This document shows positions 39,994 through 52,860 of a stretch of DNA of 64,000 nt, in pieces. How positions within the stretch are numbered: position 1 is the first letter of the stretch; every line of letters starts with the position of its first letter. The notes under the pieces were generated by a model, which did not search any database, was not told where the DNA came from, and worked only from the letters and a program-made list of their open reading frames with translations. This DNA is from Octopus vulgaris (lineage: Eukaryota): NCBI GenBank assembly GCA_951406725.2, contig OX597815.1:42594001-42658000 (forward strand), read 5' to 3'. Position numbers and translations under genes: made by a program.

Positions 39994-40637
39994 TAACGGT
40001 TATATCATCTTATGATTTTCTGGAAAAGGTAAAACTACAAAATATTAGGTTCCTGATCAAATTTGTCCAACTGCAATTTGAAATGCTCTTCCTGTGCTAT
40101 TACTATTGCTGCTGGCTGCTCAATAAATAATGTTTACTTATGTTTACCATGCTGTGGACGTCTTCTATGAAACTGGTGATTCTCTCTAGCTATCTGCGAT
40201 CAAAGCATCCACGAAAAACTACTGAAAAAATGAACCGATACATTCGCTCTTTGTCCATTAAGAAGAGGAATATGATATCCATTTTCTACGCGTCAGTATA
40301 AAACATCGACTTGAACAGTCTGGGTTTCTGCAGGAAGGAGAAATGTAAGACATAATATACCGCCTTATATTTCCCTTTCCACGTTCATTTAAATCAATTC
40401 TTGTGCTTTTAATCGATGGGGCTTAAGAAATAGAAGTCGTTAAAATGATAAAAAAGTTGCATATCCAGAAAAGGATTTTATCCATTCATAAGATCCAAAG
40501 CATCATGAAGACGCATTCTTCAAATCTCTTTGGAGAACTTGAAGGCTATGCCTCCAAATGCGAAGAGATATTCGAGCTGGTTGTGGATTTGTTAGTATGA
40601 CAACAGCTCGAAGTGTACCGTAGAAATAGTAAATGAA

Positions 40638-41012
40638 TACAAGGTGATATCAAAAAGTTTCCGGACTGGATCTGAAATACGGGTGTCAACACATGGTAGC
40701 ACACGGTTGCGTGCGCAGTGACCTTCATGATGCAGTGTGCCAAGGGACATCGATGTGTTTACTTCGCAAGTTGTGAAGTTTGTGTTTTTGTGATCACGTG
40801 TAGACTGTTGTCTGCGATTTTGTCATGGACAGGAACAAAGAGCCAACGTGATATTTTGCATTAAAGTTAGGAAATTTTCCACATAAACATTGAGCATGCT
40901 TCGGCAAGCTTACAGTGACGAGGCAATGAATCGTATACAATGTTTCGAGTAGCACAGGCGCTTCAAAATCGGAAGAAATTCCTGGAAGATGATGAGCGAT
41001 CTGGAAGACCTG
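40638..41012 (+). mobile_element. mariner transposon 5' fragment (TIR plus N-terminal HTH of transposase), pseudogenised
   Basis: TA-CAAGGTGATATCAAAAAGTTTCCGGACTGG terminus. Translation QRANVIFCIKVRKFST*TLSMLRQAYSDEAMNRIQCFE*HRRFKIGR..LEDDERSGRP. Confidence 0.85.
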
Positions 41013-41381
41013 TACTCTTTCGCCACAACCTTCTCTCTCTCTCTCTCTTCCTGTATCTTGAGTAACGCTGCGATGGACTGGCGTCCCGTCCAGCTGGGGG
41101 GGAACGCATACGTCACAGAAACTGAGAAACCGGGCCCATGACCCTCCTAGGCTTGAAAAGAGCGACGTTTCGTTTATAATTTGTATATATTTATTTTATT
41201 ATAAATGCGAAACAACACCATGGAGGAATCGGCGTAAGCTTAAATAATAAACCGCGATAGGTGAACCGCAATATGGCGAGGGATTACTGTACTTTAATTT
41301 ACCGGCGTAAATGGTCATTATTGATTGTAGCATGTTATGAACAGCATGCTTCTTGTTCTTATACTATGAAGTGTAAGCAAA

Positions 41382-41822
41382 GGTGGCGAGTTAACAACAT
41401 CGTTAGCACGACGGACAAAATGCTTAGCGGCATTTCGTCTTCCTTTACGTTCTGAGTCCAAATTCCGCCGAGATCTACTTTTATTGCCATCTTTTTCGAG
41501 ATTACATAAAAGAAGTGCCAGTTGATCTATGGGGTCAATGTAATTGACGAAGTATCCTCGATCCAAAATTTCAGGCCTCGAGCCTTTAGTAGAAAAGATA
41601 TTAAGTGTAAGCAAATGTGGCGAGCTGGCAGAAACGTTAGCACGCCGGACAAAGTGCTTAGCGGCATTTCATCTTTATGTTCTGAGTTCAAATTCCGTCA
41701 AGGTTGATTTCGCCATTCATCCTTTACTGGTCGATAAAATAAGTATCAGTTAAGCACCGGGATCGATGTAATCGACTTGCCCGCTTTGCTCGAAATTGCT
41801 GGCCTTGTGCAAAAATTTGATA
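41382..41822 (+). mobile_element. two tandem SINE family A copies
   Basis: Copies at 41382-41600 and 41616-41822; AAGTGTAAGCAAA is duplicated around the first copy. Confidence 0.8.
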
Positions 41823-41832
41823 TTATTAAGTA

Positions 41833-42078
41833 CAGTAATCTCTTGTCTATCGTGGGTGTTACGTTCCAAAACACACCGAGATAGGTGATAATCCGCGAAG
41901 TAGAAACAGTACTGTACTGTATATTTTTTATTATTTTCATAATTTGTATATATTTATTATTATAAATGCAACACAACACCACGGAGAAATCGATGTAAGC
42001 TTAAGTAATAAACCGCGATAGGTGAACCGCGATAGGTGAACCGCGATAGGTGAACCGCGATATGGCGAGGGATTACTA
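41833..42078. mobile_element. Tigger/pogo-like MITE (partial second copy at 41176-41289)
   Basis: TA-flanked TIRs CAGTAATCTCTTGTCTATCGTGG / CCGCGATATGGCGAGGGATTACTA; internal 14-bp AACCGCGATAGGTG repeated three times. Confidence 0.8.
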
Positions 42079-44217
42079 TATAAGTATAAAATTTACTTTG
42101 CCTACTTGAGCATCACTGTTATTTATTTATCTGTCGGTAGACATAGGCTGAGCCACTAAAGGTCAAACTTGGATTATATAAGCTTTGTATACACACAGAC
42201 ATGCATGCACACATCTGGGCCACTAAAGGTCAAACGTGGATTATATAAGCTTTATAGACACACAGGCATGCATGCACACCTAAGTAAATACTTTATTTTA
42301 CTAGGTTATTGAAGGAAAAGTATATAGAAACTATTTTTCTTTCTATATACTACTTATTTCTCTCGTTATATTTCTATTTATCTCCTTTACCGTTTTGTTA
42401 TTTACTTTCCTTTAGAGGCGACGAGCTGGCAGAATAATCAACACGTCGGATAAAAATGCTTAGTAGCATTTCTTCCAGCTCTTTACGTTCTGGGCTCATA
42501 TTTCATATTTGTCTTTTATCCTTTTAGGGTCGTAAAAACAATTTTAGATAAACTTCATGCCCTCTTTCTTCCATCTATCCCCCATTTTCCCTTTCTTTCC
42601 ATATATATATACATATACATCACACAGATTCATGCATACATACCTACATTCATTAATCTAAAATGTTAAAATGTGCACTCGTATACTTGTCAATAGAGTG
42701 AGTATATTAATCAAAGTCAACAATATTATAGATGTATTTCAGTTATTACCAGTCAGTTTTTTTGTACAGTTAACTGTGTGATTCGAAACGATGACTTTCA
42801 TATTTATTCTTGATACGTTCCGGCAGGTTTCAAAACAAATACGTTAATCGCTGTAGCGTTTGTCACAGAAGAAATCTTCTCCATTACGACAATTATGTCT
42901 TCATAAAACACACAATTCATCAGTGTATGCGATTCTGTGACACCGGTGTTGCAACATATGTCTCATGAGCCAGGAAGTACCAAGACTAATGAACCTAAGA
43001 AGAGCTGATTGTCTTGTTTGTAATTTCGACGAACGAGCTGTTCGCTGATCCGTGCTGTGATCTGCCAACCGATAATAAATGGTTATTTGCAGAGTGAACA
43101 GCGAGATTCAAAATGATGATTTGATTTGTTTTACACACCTGTAATAGTATAGGTTCATATTTATTTTTTATTGCATCTTTTTAGAATATTACTTGGAGGC
43201 AAGTTAGGAAATTATATAGTAGACTGATAATGTCTTTGTAAACAGTTATAGTGTACGAGTTTCATAGCATCTTTATACGGCATGTATAAAGTAGATGTAT
43301 GTATGTATGTATGTATGTATGTATGTATGTATGTATGTCATTATTCAGTTTCATTTCAAGATTTCTTGCCAATAGAGACAGTTTCTAACCCAGATCCAAA
43401 GCTTCTTTCTTGGAATTTAAACATCAACAGAGTATTTTTGTATGCATGTTTGTTTTGTTTTATGTATGTCTTATCAAGCATATACTTACATATTTAGACA
43501 TGCTATGTATGTATGTGTGTATGTATGCATGTACGTACGTATGTATGTATGTTAATGTCTTTTTTTTCGTCTAGTTATAATAAAAACAATCTTACATTAA
43601 TTATGACCACATAGATATATTATTCTTTTACAAAAATAATGCTGATAGTGACTTCGAAGTCACTGTGAACACTATTCTTTTAAAAAGAATTATATATATT
43701 TCGTCTGTCTTTACGTTCTGCGTTCAAATTACACCGAGGTCGACTTTGCCTTTCATCCTTTCGGGTTCGATAAATTAAGCACCAGTTGCGTACTGGGATC
43801 GATCTGATCTAATTTCCCACTCCCCCCAAATTTCGGGCCTTGTGAAGAAAAGGAATAAGTTCAGTATCGCTTAATTGGCTGTTGCCTGTACCCAAAATGA
43901 GAAATGGAAGCTCTTGGGTTTGCATAATTGACCGTTGATTTTGTCGATAAAATTCGATTATTTTTACTTGTTGCTCTGTCTTGATTATTTTCCAAGAATT
44001 ATATGTTAATAATCTGAGGTTAAAACTTGAAAAAATTAATTGTAAAAAAGTTATATTTCAAAATGATCCAGTAATTTTTGGACCAACCTGTTCTAATGAC
44101 TGATGATGTGAAATACGTTTCTCGGGTGCGTTTTCATAAAGCATTACACATTTTGGCTGTAAGTGCAAAATGATCTCTTCTGCTTTTCGATCACTGCCTT
44201 CCAACCATTACAGGAAG

Positions 44218-44267
<50 letters not shown>

Positions 44268-44315
44268 ATTTTTACGTATATATTTTATCCCGTGTGTGAA
44301 AATATACATATTTAT

Positions 44316-44410
44316 AGGAATGGGGGCTGAAATGTTCCTGGTTTTAGGTAAAAGAAAATGCTGGAGTATCAGTTAATTATGATTTTATTCAACAGATTCC
44401 CCTCTCATCA
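44316..44410 (+). mobile_element. mariner-like non-autonomous terminal fragment
   Basis: GGGGGCTGAAATGTTCCTGG...TTATTCAACAGATTCCCCTCTC resembles mariner-type termini. Confidence 0.45.
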
Positions 44411-44608
44411 CTAATTCCAGAAAGTTATGAGTAGGAAGGTGTCGGGTTAACGGATTAACGTTAACTTCCGTTACATTTTCAAAGAATTTCGTTTCTATTA
44501 TTGCCCACAGGGGGCTAAACATACAGAGGGCAAACAAAGAGATTAAGTCGATTACATCGATCCCAGTGTGTAACTGGTACTTATTTAATTGACCCCGAAT
44601 ATATATAA

Positions 44609-44652
<44 letters not shown>

Positions 44653-44720
44653 TGTTTAATAAAATGAAGTAGCATGAAACAATTCTACTACACAACCTTG
44701 GATATCCTTGTTGCTTATTT

Positions 44721-44762
<42 letters not shown>

Positions 44763-45596
44763 GCTCGGACGTAGCTATGTGATAAGAAGTTTGCTTCCCA
44801 AACAACATGGAGTGAATAAATATACGCTTTTGTCCAAATCTAATCTTTCTTCATGTTTATCAAATGGCTATGGGGTGGGCTCACCAGAATAAAATAGAAA
44901 TCAAGGCATTGGCTGGACTAGAGCTGTAGTAGAAGACGAAGGTGCCACGCAGTGGGACTGAACCTCGAATCCTGTGGCTGGGAAGCAAACTTATCATACA
45001 ACCACACTTGCGTGTATACTTCCTACCACACAGTTATATTTTCGCATGGTTCCTTACAGTTAGTTTGGATCACTAAAGTTCTAAAATCTCTCCACAACTT
45101 TGCTAGACCTTAGTGTCAGCTCTAAGATTAAACAATGATGGAGTTTGTTGCCGTCTCTCTCCAGTTGGGGGATCAATACAATTAATGTAGATGTGTACTA
45201 CCGAAATTTGAATTTCGTGCATTAAATTAATACATCAGTCAGAATTTTCTTTGCTTGTTTGTCTGTAAATTGTTTTAGCATTGTGCTGTGTTATGATTAT
45301 TGCTCTCATTATTAATCGTCTATTTTTGGTGAGGAATTCTATAGTGCCTAGACGTGTTGCCCATTAATAATTTCCTGTCTAGATATATTCTTTGTTGTGT
45401 GATGTTGGGCGTTCCTATTGTTCCACGTTCTAAGTTCATGTAAACCAACGGATGAGTGCCGTACCTGTACGGCCAATATACCTGTTTCAGGTTCGAAGTT
45501 AGCCACTTTCAAGCTAACAGTCAAATTTTAACCTAATATTAGTTATTAGCAGCCTTCTGTTGAAAGTGAACTGAGTAATACATAACACGTGCTTGA

Positions 45597-45683
<87 letters not shown>

Positions 45684-45827
45684 GTGTTTATCTGTATGTC
45701 TGTAGTCTATCTAACAGTTTGTCTACCTGTCCATCCGTCTGTTGTCTATTTGACGGTTTGTCTGTCTGTAGTCTATCTGCCTGTCTGTTTGTCTGCCTGT
45801 CTGCATGCCTGCATATCTATCTAACTG

Positions 45828-45894
<67 letters not shown>

Positions 45895-46062
45895 GCACCC
45901 ATAATAAAGAAACAACGCGTCAGATAATGTAGTCAGCAGCCCCAAAACAAAAAGGACTGCACAGACAGTAGATCTACAAGATTAAAGGTGATCTGTGGCT
46001 AAAAAGCAATACTAAGCGTAGACATACACACACTCATGTACGCACTCATGCACATAAATTTT

Positions 46063-46255
46063 ATTGGTTTCAAATTTTGGGAGAGGGCAAGTCGATGGCA
46101 TCGACCTCAGTGATTAACTGGTATTTATTTTATCGACACCAAAAGGGTGGAGGGCAAACTCAACCTCGGCGAAACTTGAACTCAGAATGTAGAAACGGAC
46201 GAAACGCCGCTAAGTGTTTTGCTCAGCTTGTTATTAATTCTGCGAGTTCGCCGTC
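46063..46255 (-). mobile_element. SINE family A copy (diverged)
   Basis: TTGAACTCAGAATGTAGAAACGGACGAAACGCCGCTAAG...GAGTTCGCCGTCC. Confidence 0.7.
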
Positions 46256-46399
46256 CTATGCACATATGAAATATATTAAACAGAAACATACACAAAACGT
46301 ATACACATATACATATTGAATTGCAACAACAGGATATACCCATGTCCTTATAACATTGACCATTTACCTACGTTGCAATATACATATAGTCATACCTAT

Positions 46400-46730
46400 C
46401 TCCCATTCTACAGCATCCTCCGCGGGTGAATCCCATCAACCACTTGTCCCCAGAATTCCTTCTCTTCAGTAGACCAGAATCAGCTGCTCGATAAATGTCC
46501 GGGTAGGACGTTCCCTTGATGGTTTTCGGCGTGTTGGTTTATCAATAATTCATCCTTGCTACAAAAGCAGTGTCCACAGAATTTGAGTCTTCTATCCATT
46601 ATGGTAGGGGAAACTCTTGGAAGATTATCATAATGAATCTAAGTTGCTGTGTGGTACTGCCATTTGTTATTAAGTATTACTCCCATATGCCTTGAGTATG
46701 TTCCATCTAGTTTTATTTCCTATGCCCTAG
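46400..46730 (-). mobile_element. RTE-X-like LINE 3' fragment, highly degenerate
   Basis: Minus translation KLDGTYSRHMGVILNNKWQYH..YDNLPRVSPTIMDRRLKFCGHCF parallels 30800-31250. Confidence 0.6.
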
Positions 46731-46748
46731 AGTTTATGTAGTGCAGCC

Positions 46749-46795
<47 letters not shown>

Positions 46796-46843
46796 CACTT
46801 ATATATAGGTACATATTGCATTCAAACAAGCTAACATTTAAGC

Positions 46844-47175
46844 CAGTGGTCTCAACTACTTTTTTTTATCTATGGATACTATTTTATTCTGGTGGACGTC
46901 TATAACCATTCGATGTTTATAAACTAGTTTTATAGACACTTCTTTCAAAATTCTTATTTTGTTTTTGACAGATTACCTTGTGTAGGTTGAACTATGCAAA
47001 GTAGTTGAGAAAGAAATATAGCTGTTCCTTGCAATAAAGAGATCTAAATCAAATCTTTTTCGTGGACCCTTAAGATACTACTGTGGATCCCAAATTTACT
47101 AGTTTGCTTGTGTGGACGCCATAAAATTAAAGATGGCTCGTCAGGTGTTTCATGGAACCCGGTTCAGAACCAGTA
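46844..47175. mobile_element. hAT (Charlie-like) MITE
   Basis: Termini CAGTGGTCTCAAC / GGTTCAGAACCAGTA; internal GTGGAC/GTGGAT subterminal repeats. Confidence 0.6.
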
Positions 47176-47628
47176 CTTTAGGTCATATCTCTTTCAAATG
47201 TTCCCCCACAACGTATGAATTTCCAAATCTTTCAATTCAATCTTTTTCTTTGATCATACGTAGTTTTATTCATCCAATCTTATTAGTCACTGTATAAGGC
47301 CAAAACAATTTTCTTCTTGTGAACACACAACTATATTTTGACCTGTAAAAACGGGTACAAAAGTATTCAAGTATTACAAACAATCATATGCATATATGAA
47401 AGCATGCACCGAGAGACGTCGATTCATATAATAGTGCCGGTAGCATGAAGGAAACAAAACAGAATGGTAAAACTTGTACGGAAAAAGGTTGGCAGGGTAA
47501 GAGAGTGTAAAGAGAAAAATATAATTGAGAAAAGAACATAAGTTGAAATGAAGGCACCGAGTGTGATGCAAATTAAAGAGAAAGAGAAAGAACGAATGAG
47601 AGGAAAGAGAGAGAGAGAGAGAGGGAGA

Positions 47629-47662
<34 letters not shown>

Positions 47663-48028
47663 AAGAGAGAGAGCGAGCGAAAGAGACAGTGAGAGAGAGA
47701 GAGCGAGCAAGAGAGAGCGAGCAAGAGAGAGCGAGCAAGAGAGAGCGAGAGAGAGAGAGAGAGAGACAGCAAGAGAGAGAAAGAGGCAGTGAGAGAGAGA
47801 GAGACAGCAAGAGAGAGAAAGAGGCAGTGAGAGAGAGAGAGACAGCGAGAGAGAGAGAGTCTGTGTGTGATGGGGAGGGAAGGCGAGAGAGAGTGAGAAT
47901 TAAGACTTGAGAAAATATTGTGTATGTATGTATCCATTTATGAATGTATATATGCATGTGTACACACATCTGTTTATCAATCTAGCCTTATCTGGCTATC
48001 AATCTATCTCCCCATTTGTTCCTCATCT

Positions 48029-48071
<43 letters not shown>

Positions 48072-48199
48072 TATGTATATATCCATGTGCATGTGTGTAG
48101 TGAATGTGTATGTGTGAGAGGTAGCGAGAGTTGTGATGATATTAAGAGGAAGTAATGATTTTAGCCATTTTGGAAATCTTCAAACCCAACTCAAAATTG

Positions 48200-48760
48200 G
48201 TGGAATAAGCCATGAAAAATGAAAGACCTAACATCTACGGTTCGAAACTAGACAAGCTGGGGGAAGTTGAACTCGAGAGACACTGTGTTCTCCAAAAGGT
48301 AGGCAACCTCGTCATGTATTATCATAGCAAGTTTCAGTTTGAGTGTTTTTTTCCGACCAACTGATATCTGGTGATACTAACGAGAATTGCTTCACTTTCG
48401 GATGTGCCAACTCGGTGTACCTCCTTCCATTGGCAACGAATATGCCGGTGAAGTCGCCTGAATAAAAGTCCTGGGTCTCTAAGCAAGACAGAAGGAAAGC
48501 AATTATTCATCAGTACCATGATGTACAACCTTATGGTAAGAACAATTAGAGTGCAGGGAGCCACATGTATCCCGCAAGAACTAAAGAAGCTCGTAACGTG
48601 AGAGCAAATATGTTTCAAACCCTCAAAACTCCGTTGGATGAAGTGAGCGCAGGTGACAAGGTCGAATGTCAACTGGCAGGACATCTTGATGTGGATCCCG
48701 CAGAAAAGCAAGTTCTTGATCCAGGAAGTCTATGATGTCCTCTAAAGCCCATGAAACTAG
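48200..48760 (+). mobile_element. HERO/NeSL-like (REL-endonuclease) LINE post-RT fragment, degenerate
   Basis: RWMK*AQVTRSNVNWQDILMWIPQKSKFLIQEVYDVL*SP resembles the W..IW...P..IKFLI..VYDVLPSP motif. Confidence 0.55.
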
Positions 48761-50039
48761 TTCATATGAAACGTAGTGAAAACACTGTTATAATCCTTAA
48801 AATGTTGGATTGTTATAAAACCCACTTCGGTATTCAGTACACTTAGTAAAACCAGTAAAGGCACCACTATCTCTGACCAATTACTACATACTCTTGTACA
48901 AAGTAATTAAATCGAAAAACGTAGCACATGGTTTTACGGGAAAAAGATTATATTTTTCCCGTAAAACCATGTGCTACGTTTTTCGATTTAATTACTTTCG
49001 GCTTCCCGACATATTTTCATGTTTTTTCGTTTATAATGGTAACATCACTACCAGTGTCCAGTTGCATTTTAACACTTGTATTTCTGATTCTCTCCTTCAC
49101 GAATTTTCTCATCATCATATTGCCAACTTTTTCCGATGACATACTATTTCTTTTTCTTTTGTTCTGACGTTCTGTCATCTTCGTTCTACATTGTGTCTTT
49201 GTATGTCCTATTTCTACAACGAAAACACTCCGCTTTTTGAAATGGATAATTTTTCCTCAGGTGCATACCTCCACATGACTATTCTATTTCGTACTTGCTT
49301 TACTTGGAAACAATCTTTACGTTCAATTTCCTCTGTGTCGTATCTTAATTTGACTATCTTTCCACATTCTTCTGGCACTTGCTGTAGGGTTACATCCTGG
49401 TTTTGTTCGAGCTTTGCGAGAATTCTAGTTCTAACTTCTGCGTCCTTTTCGGCAGAAAGTTCCTATGTGAAAATCAGGCATTTGAACATATGTGGCGTTA
49501 ATTTGTCGAGCTTAACTTTCTCGCATTCCCTATGAACTCTACCAGCATATGTGATGTAATAATCGTCGGTGTTTTTCTCTATGTTCAGAAACATCCAAAG
49601 TGTGTTGAACAATGAGCTTTTTTCATTGAAAATTTTACACAATATATCTATTGTGTCATTAAAGCTTATGTCTAAAGGTTTTCTTGGGAGTACATAATTA
49701 CTGCATCGTTCATGTTCAGTTGCCACCAGTTTTCTCCAGATTAAGCACGTTTTCATCTCGACATCCCAATCTTTATCAGAGATTTGTTCATATCTTGTTG
49801 CATGTTTCGAAGGTAACTTCTTCGTCAGGTTTGTATTTGAACTCTGTTGTGGAGTTCGCGACATAGACTGTTGTGAACACTTCTTCTGACTTTCCTGACT
49901 TCAGTAATTGCAGCTTATGTTGCTGTAATATCATTTGTTGTTGTTACTTCTGTTGTTGCTCTTGCAGTTGTATCTGCTGCTGTTGTTGTTAGTGGTGTTA
50001 TTGTTGCTTCAGCTGCTACTGTTGTTCTTTCAGTTTCTT

Positions 50040-50397
50040 ATTTCTTTATTGCGGAATTTGAACTCAGAACGTAACGGCAGACGAAATACCTATTTCTTTA
50101 CTACCCACAAGGGGCTACACACAGAAGGGTCAAACAAGGACACACAAACGGATTAAGTCGATTATATCGACTCCAGTGCGTAACTAGTACTTATTCAATC
50201 GACCCCGAAAGGATGAAAGGCAAAGTATACCTCGGCGGAATTTGAACTCAGAACGTAACGGCAGACGAAATACCGCTAAGCATTTCGCCCGGCGTGCTAA
50301 AGATTTTACCAGCTCGCTGCCCTGTTTTCGTAAGGGCAGACGAAATGCCGTTCAGCAATTCGCCCGGCGTGCTAACGTTTCTGCCAGCTCGCCGCCT
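50040..50397 (-). mobile_element. SINE family A insertion (multimeric) within the LTR element
   Basis: Full unit at 50091-50321, restart fragment at 50040-50090, extra head at 50329-50397. Confidence 0.8.
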
Positions 50398-50559
50398 TGT
50401 TCTTTTAGTTTCTGTTGTTGCTGTTTTTGCAACTCGAGCAAACCGGCCAACAAATATTCCATAATTTTACGATTTTTTTTTCGTAAAATTCTCACAGCAA
50501 AACTTTGTGAGTCTATTAACTCCTCTTTGTGTTTCTATTGACTCCACGTGAATTGGTCT

Positions 50560-50572
50560 ATCCTCGTCGCCA
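50560..50572 (-). promoter_or_regulatory. primer-binding site complementary to tRNA-Ser(GCU) 3' end
   Basis: Plus strand ATCCTCGTCGCCA equals the 3' end of eukaryotic tRNA-Ser(GCU) including CCA; lies 1 nt from the LTR boundary. Confidence 0.8.
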
Positions 50573-50670
50573 CTGTTATGTCCTTAAAATGTTGGATTGT
50601 TATAACGCCCACTTCGGTATACAGTATGCTTAGTAAAACCAGTAAAGCACGACTATCTTTAACTATATCA

Positions 50671-51770
50671 TATTCTTTTATCAAGCACTCAGGCTCTTAC
50701 ACAGAGGGGACAGCACAGGGACAGCCAGAACACCACAGTGGGAACAAAATACATAAAACGAATGAAAAATGAGTAAAATATTATATAAAAATGAAAAATG
50801 AATTGGTTGCATGTGCCCCACTCTCATGCAGGACCATTTGAACATTTTTACTTATAATTTTAAAACTCTTTTTCCTGCTTTTTCTCCATTAGAATCGTTT
50901 TGTTCTTTCTTTTTTTAAAGCAATTTTATTATTTTAATGTCTTATGAATGGTTCCAGTTCTCTTAATTCCAGTACTGTCGGCAGTTTGTCAAACTCCACC
51001 GCAATTCCCGGCCGATCAACGTTACGCATTTCCTTCAACCTGTTGTATCTGTCTTTATCAATTATAATGGCTTTCATATTTTCTCCGTGCGTATCTGTAG
51101 GCAACTTAACCGTTATAACAATGGTAAACTTCGTTATCATTCTTTCAGTTGCTGTGCTCTTAGCATATGTAACGAAATTCCATGTGTACTTTCTCGACCT
51201 TCTCGCTTGTTTACCTTGCTCCACTCTTGGCACCTCGCTCTCTCCTTATCCTCCTCCATTTTGGTTAGTGTCGCTGTTTCTTCATTCTGTTGTCTTTCTA
51301 CATCGCCTAAAACTTCCTCCTCCACTGGTATCGCTAGTATCCTGGCTATTGTCTCCTTTTTCTCGAGCTCTTTCTCAATTACCTTTTCAACCTCCTCGAT
51401 CTCTTTTTCAAACTCCTTCACGACCTCCTCCCCAGCCTCATCCTTATCTACTACTTCCAAAGGGGAGCTTACTCTTTCTTTCCTCTTTCATTTTTTAACT
51501 ACTGTAAATTCTTCCTCTGTTATGGGTGTCTCTTTCTCATCATTCTGTACCACTTCGTCTACCCTCTCCTGCTCCTCAGACTGTTCCAGCTGTTGTTCCT
51601 TCTCTTCTCTCTGAGGCACTTCACCTTCATATGGCTTTCCTCGCCACACAGGAAACCTATGGTAGGCCTACTTTCCACTACCACTCTCAGTCTCACATCT
51701 TCGTGGCTCAGTCTTTATCCAAAGAACGTTTACTAAACTCAATTTTAGAGGCAGTGCTAAGCCTTTGACA
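50671..51770 (-). mobile_element. ORF1-only (HAL1-like) Tx1-type non-LTR retroposon, 5' truncated
   Basis: LRVVVESRPTIGFLCGEESHMKVKC (decayed CCHC, about 51615-51695), acidic region with EEEFTVVKK, stop at 50934, about 260-nt 3'UTR and a tail homologous to the SINE A tail; no ORF2 motifs. Confidence 0.6.
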
Positions 51771-51794
51771 GGAAGAATTATTTCACACATATAA

Positions 51795-52230
51795 ATATTG
51801 CTTAGCTCTCTTTATTCCTTGAGTAACTTCTTCCCAGCGACTTTCTTGATAAATTCCTTGTCCTAAATGCTGAACTTTTTTATTTGCTCAAGCTTCTGTC
51901 CATCTACCTTTATATTTACTTCCCTTTGTTCTTCCTTACTAATGACCATTGTCTTCGTCATTTTTACATTCATATTTCGACATTCTTAGCAATTTGCCCT
52001 TTACAGTATCAACAATATCTTACAATTTCTTATTACTGACTGATAATAATGTATCATTAGCATATCTTATGTTGTTTATGTTTCTGTCATTAACTGAGTC
52101 CTTTGATCTCATTTGGTTCACTAAATATATACTCGGTATAGATATTAAATAAGTGTGACAATAACACACACCCTTGTCTTACACCTCTGTTGATCTCTGA
52201 TAGTTATGACAATTCCTGTTCTGTACTGTA
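51795..52230 (-). mobile_element. RTE-clade LINE RT fragment
   Basis: INRGVRQGCVLLSHLFNIYTEYIF, NINNIRYANDT and KTMVISKEEQREVNIKVDGQKLEQIKKF. Confidence 0.8.
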
Positions 52231-52244
52231 TACATACATACCAC

Positions 52245-52282
<38 letters not shown>

Positions 52283-52355
52283 CAATACAGATCGTGTATC
52301 GTTAGAAGTAGAGATCAAAAGAGGTGACAGACATAAACCTCTGTGTTTTGCTCAC

Positions 52356-52357
<2 letters not shown>

Positions 52358-52410
<53 letters not shown>

Positions 52411-52426
52411 CTCTCTTTCTTTCTCT

Positions 52427-52462
<36 letters not shown>

Positions 52463-52525
52463 ATATATATATATATATATATAGATGTATGTATATATAT
52501 GTATGTATGTATATATGTATGTATG

Positions 52526-52557
<32 letters not shown>

Positions 52558-52711
52558 TATGTATGTATATATATGTATATATATATATATGTATATATAT
52601 ATTTATGTATGTATATATATATGTATATATATATGTATGTATATATATATGTATATATATATGTATGTATATATGTATATATATATGTATGTATATATGT
52701 ATGTATATATG

Positions 52712-52756
<45 letters not shown>

Positions 52757-52825
52757 GTATGTATATATATATGTATATATATATATGTATGTATATATAT
52801 ATATATATCAGCTGCAATATATATT

Positions 52826-52857
<32 letters not shown>

Positions 52858-52860
52858 AAT
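52358..52860. repeat. (TTTC)n/(TC)n followed by degenerate (TA/TATG)n microsatellite
   Basis: Direct inspection. Confidence 0.95.

Larger units (their letters stand above)
48786..50666 (-). mobile_element. Mag-type Ty3/gypsy LTR element, gag only (pol absent)
   Basis: LTR direct repeats begin TGTTAT..TCCTTAAAATGTTGGATTGTTATAA at 48786 and 50574. PBS TGGCGACGAGGAT on the minus strand (50560-50572). gag LIWRKLVATEHERCSNYVLPRKP...AGRVHRECEK...FKCLIF...EVRTRILAKLEQ, then decayed twin CCHC knuckles (CGGMH..CFRC) near 49190-49290. Confidence 0.85.

Noticed and set aside
40140-40350. Short ORF and donor-like AT|gtaaga
   Set aside because: Stops in all frames and no identifiable product.
42010-42065. 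Repeated AACCGCGATAGGTG units as a possible CRISPR-like array
   Set aside because: Directly tandem with no spacers, inside a Tigger-like MITE in eukaryotic DNA.
42800-43140. Minus-strand reading frame with one internal TGA (exon or selenoprotein?)
   Set aside because: No start or SECIS evidence; faint resemblance to a decayed mariner transposase is too weak to call.
44098-44122. CTGATGA-tgt-GAAA hammerhead-like motif
   Set aside because: No stem II and no convincing stem I pairing; likely chance.
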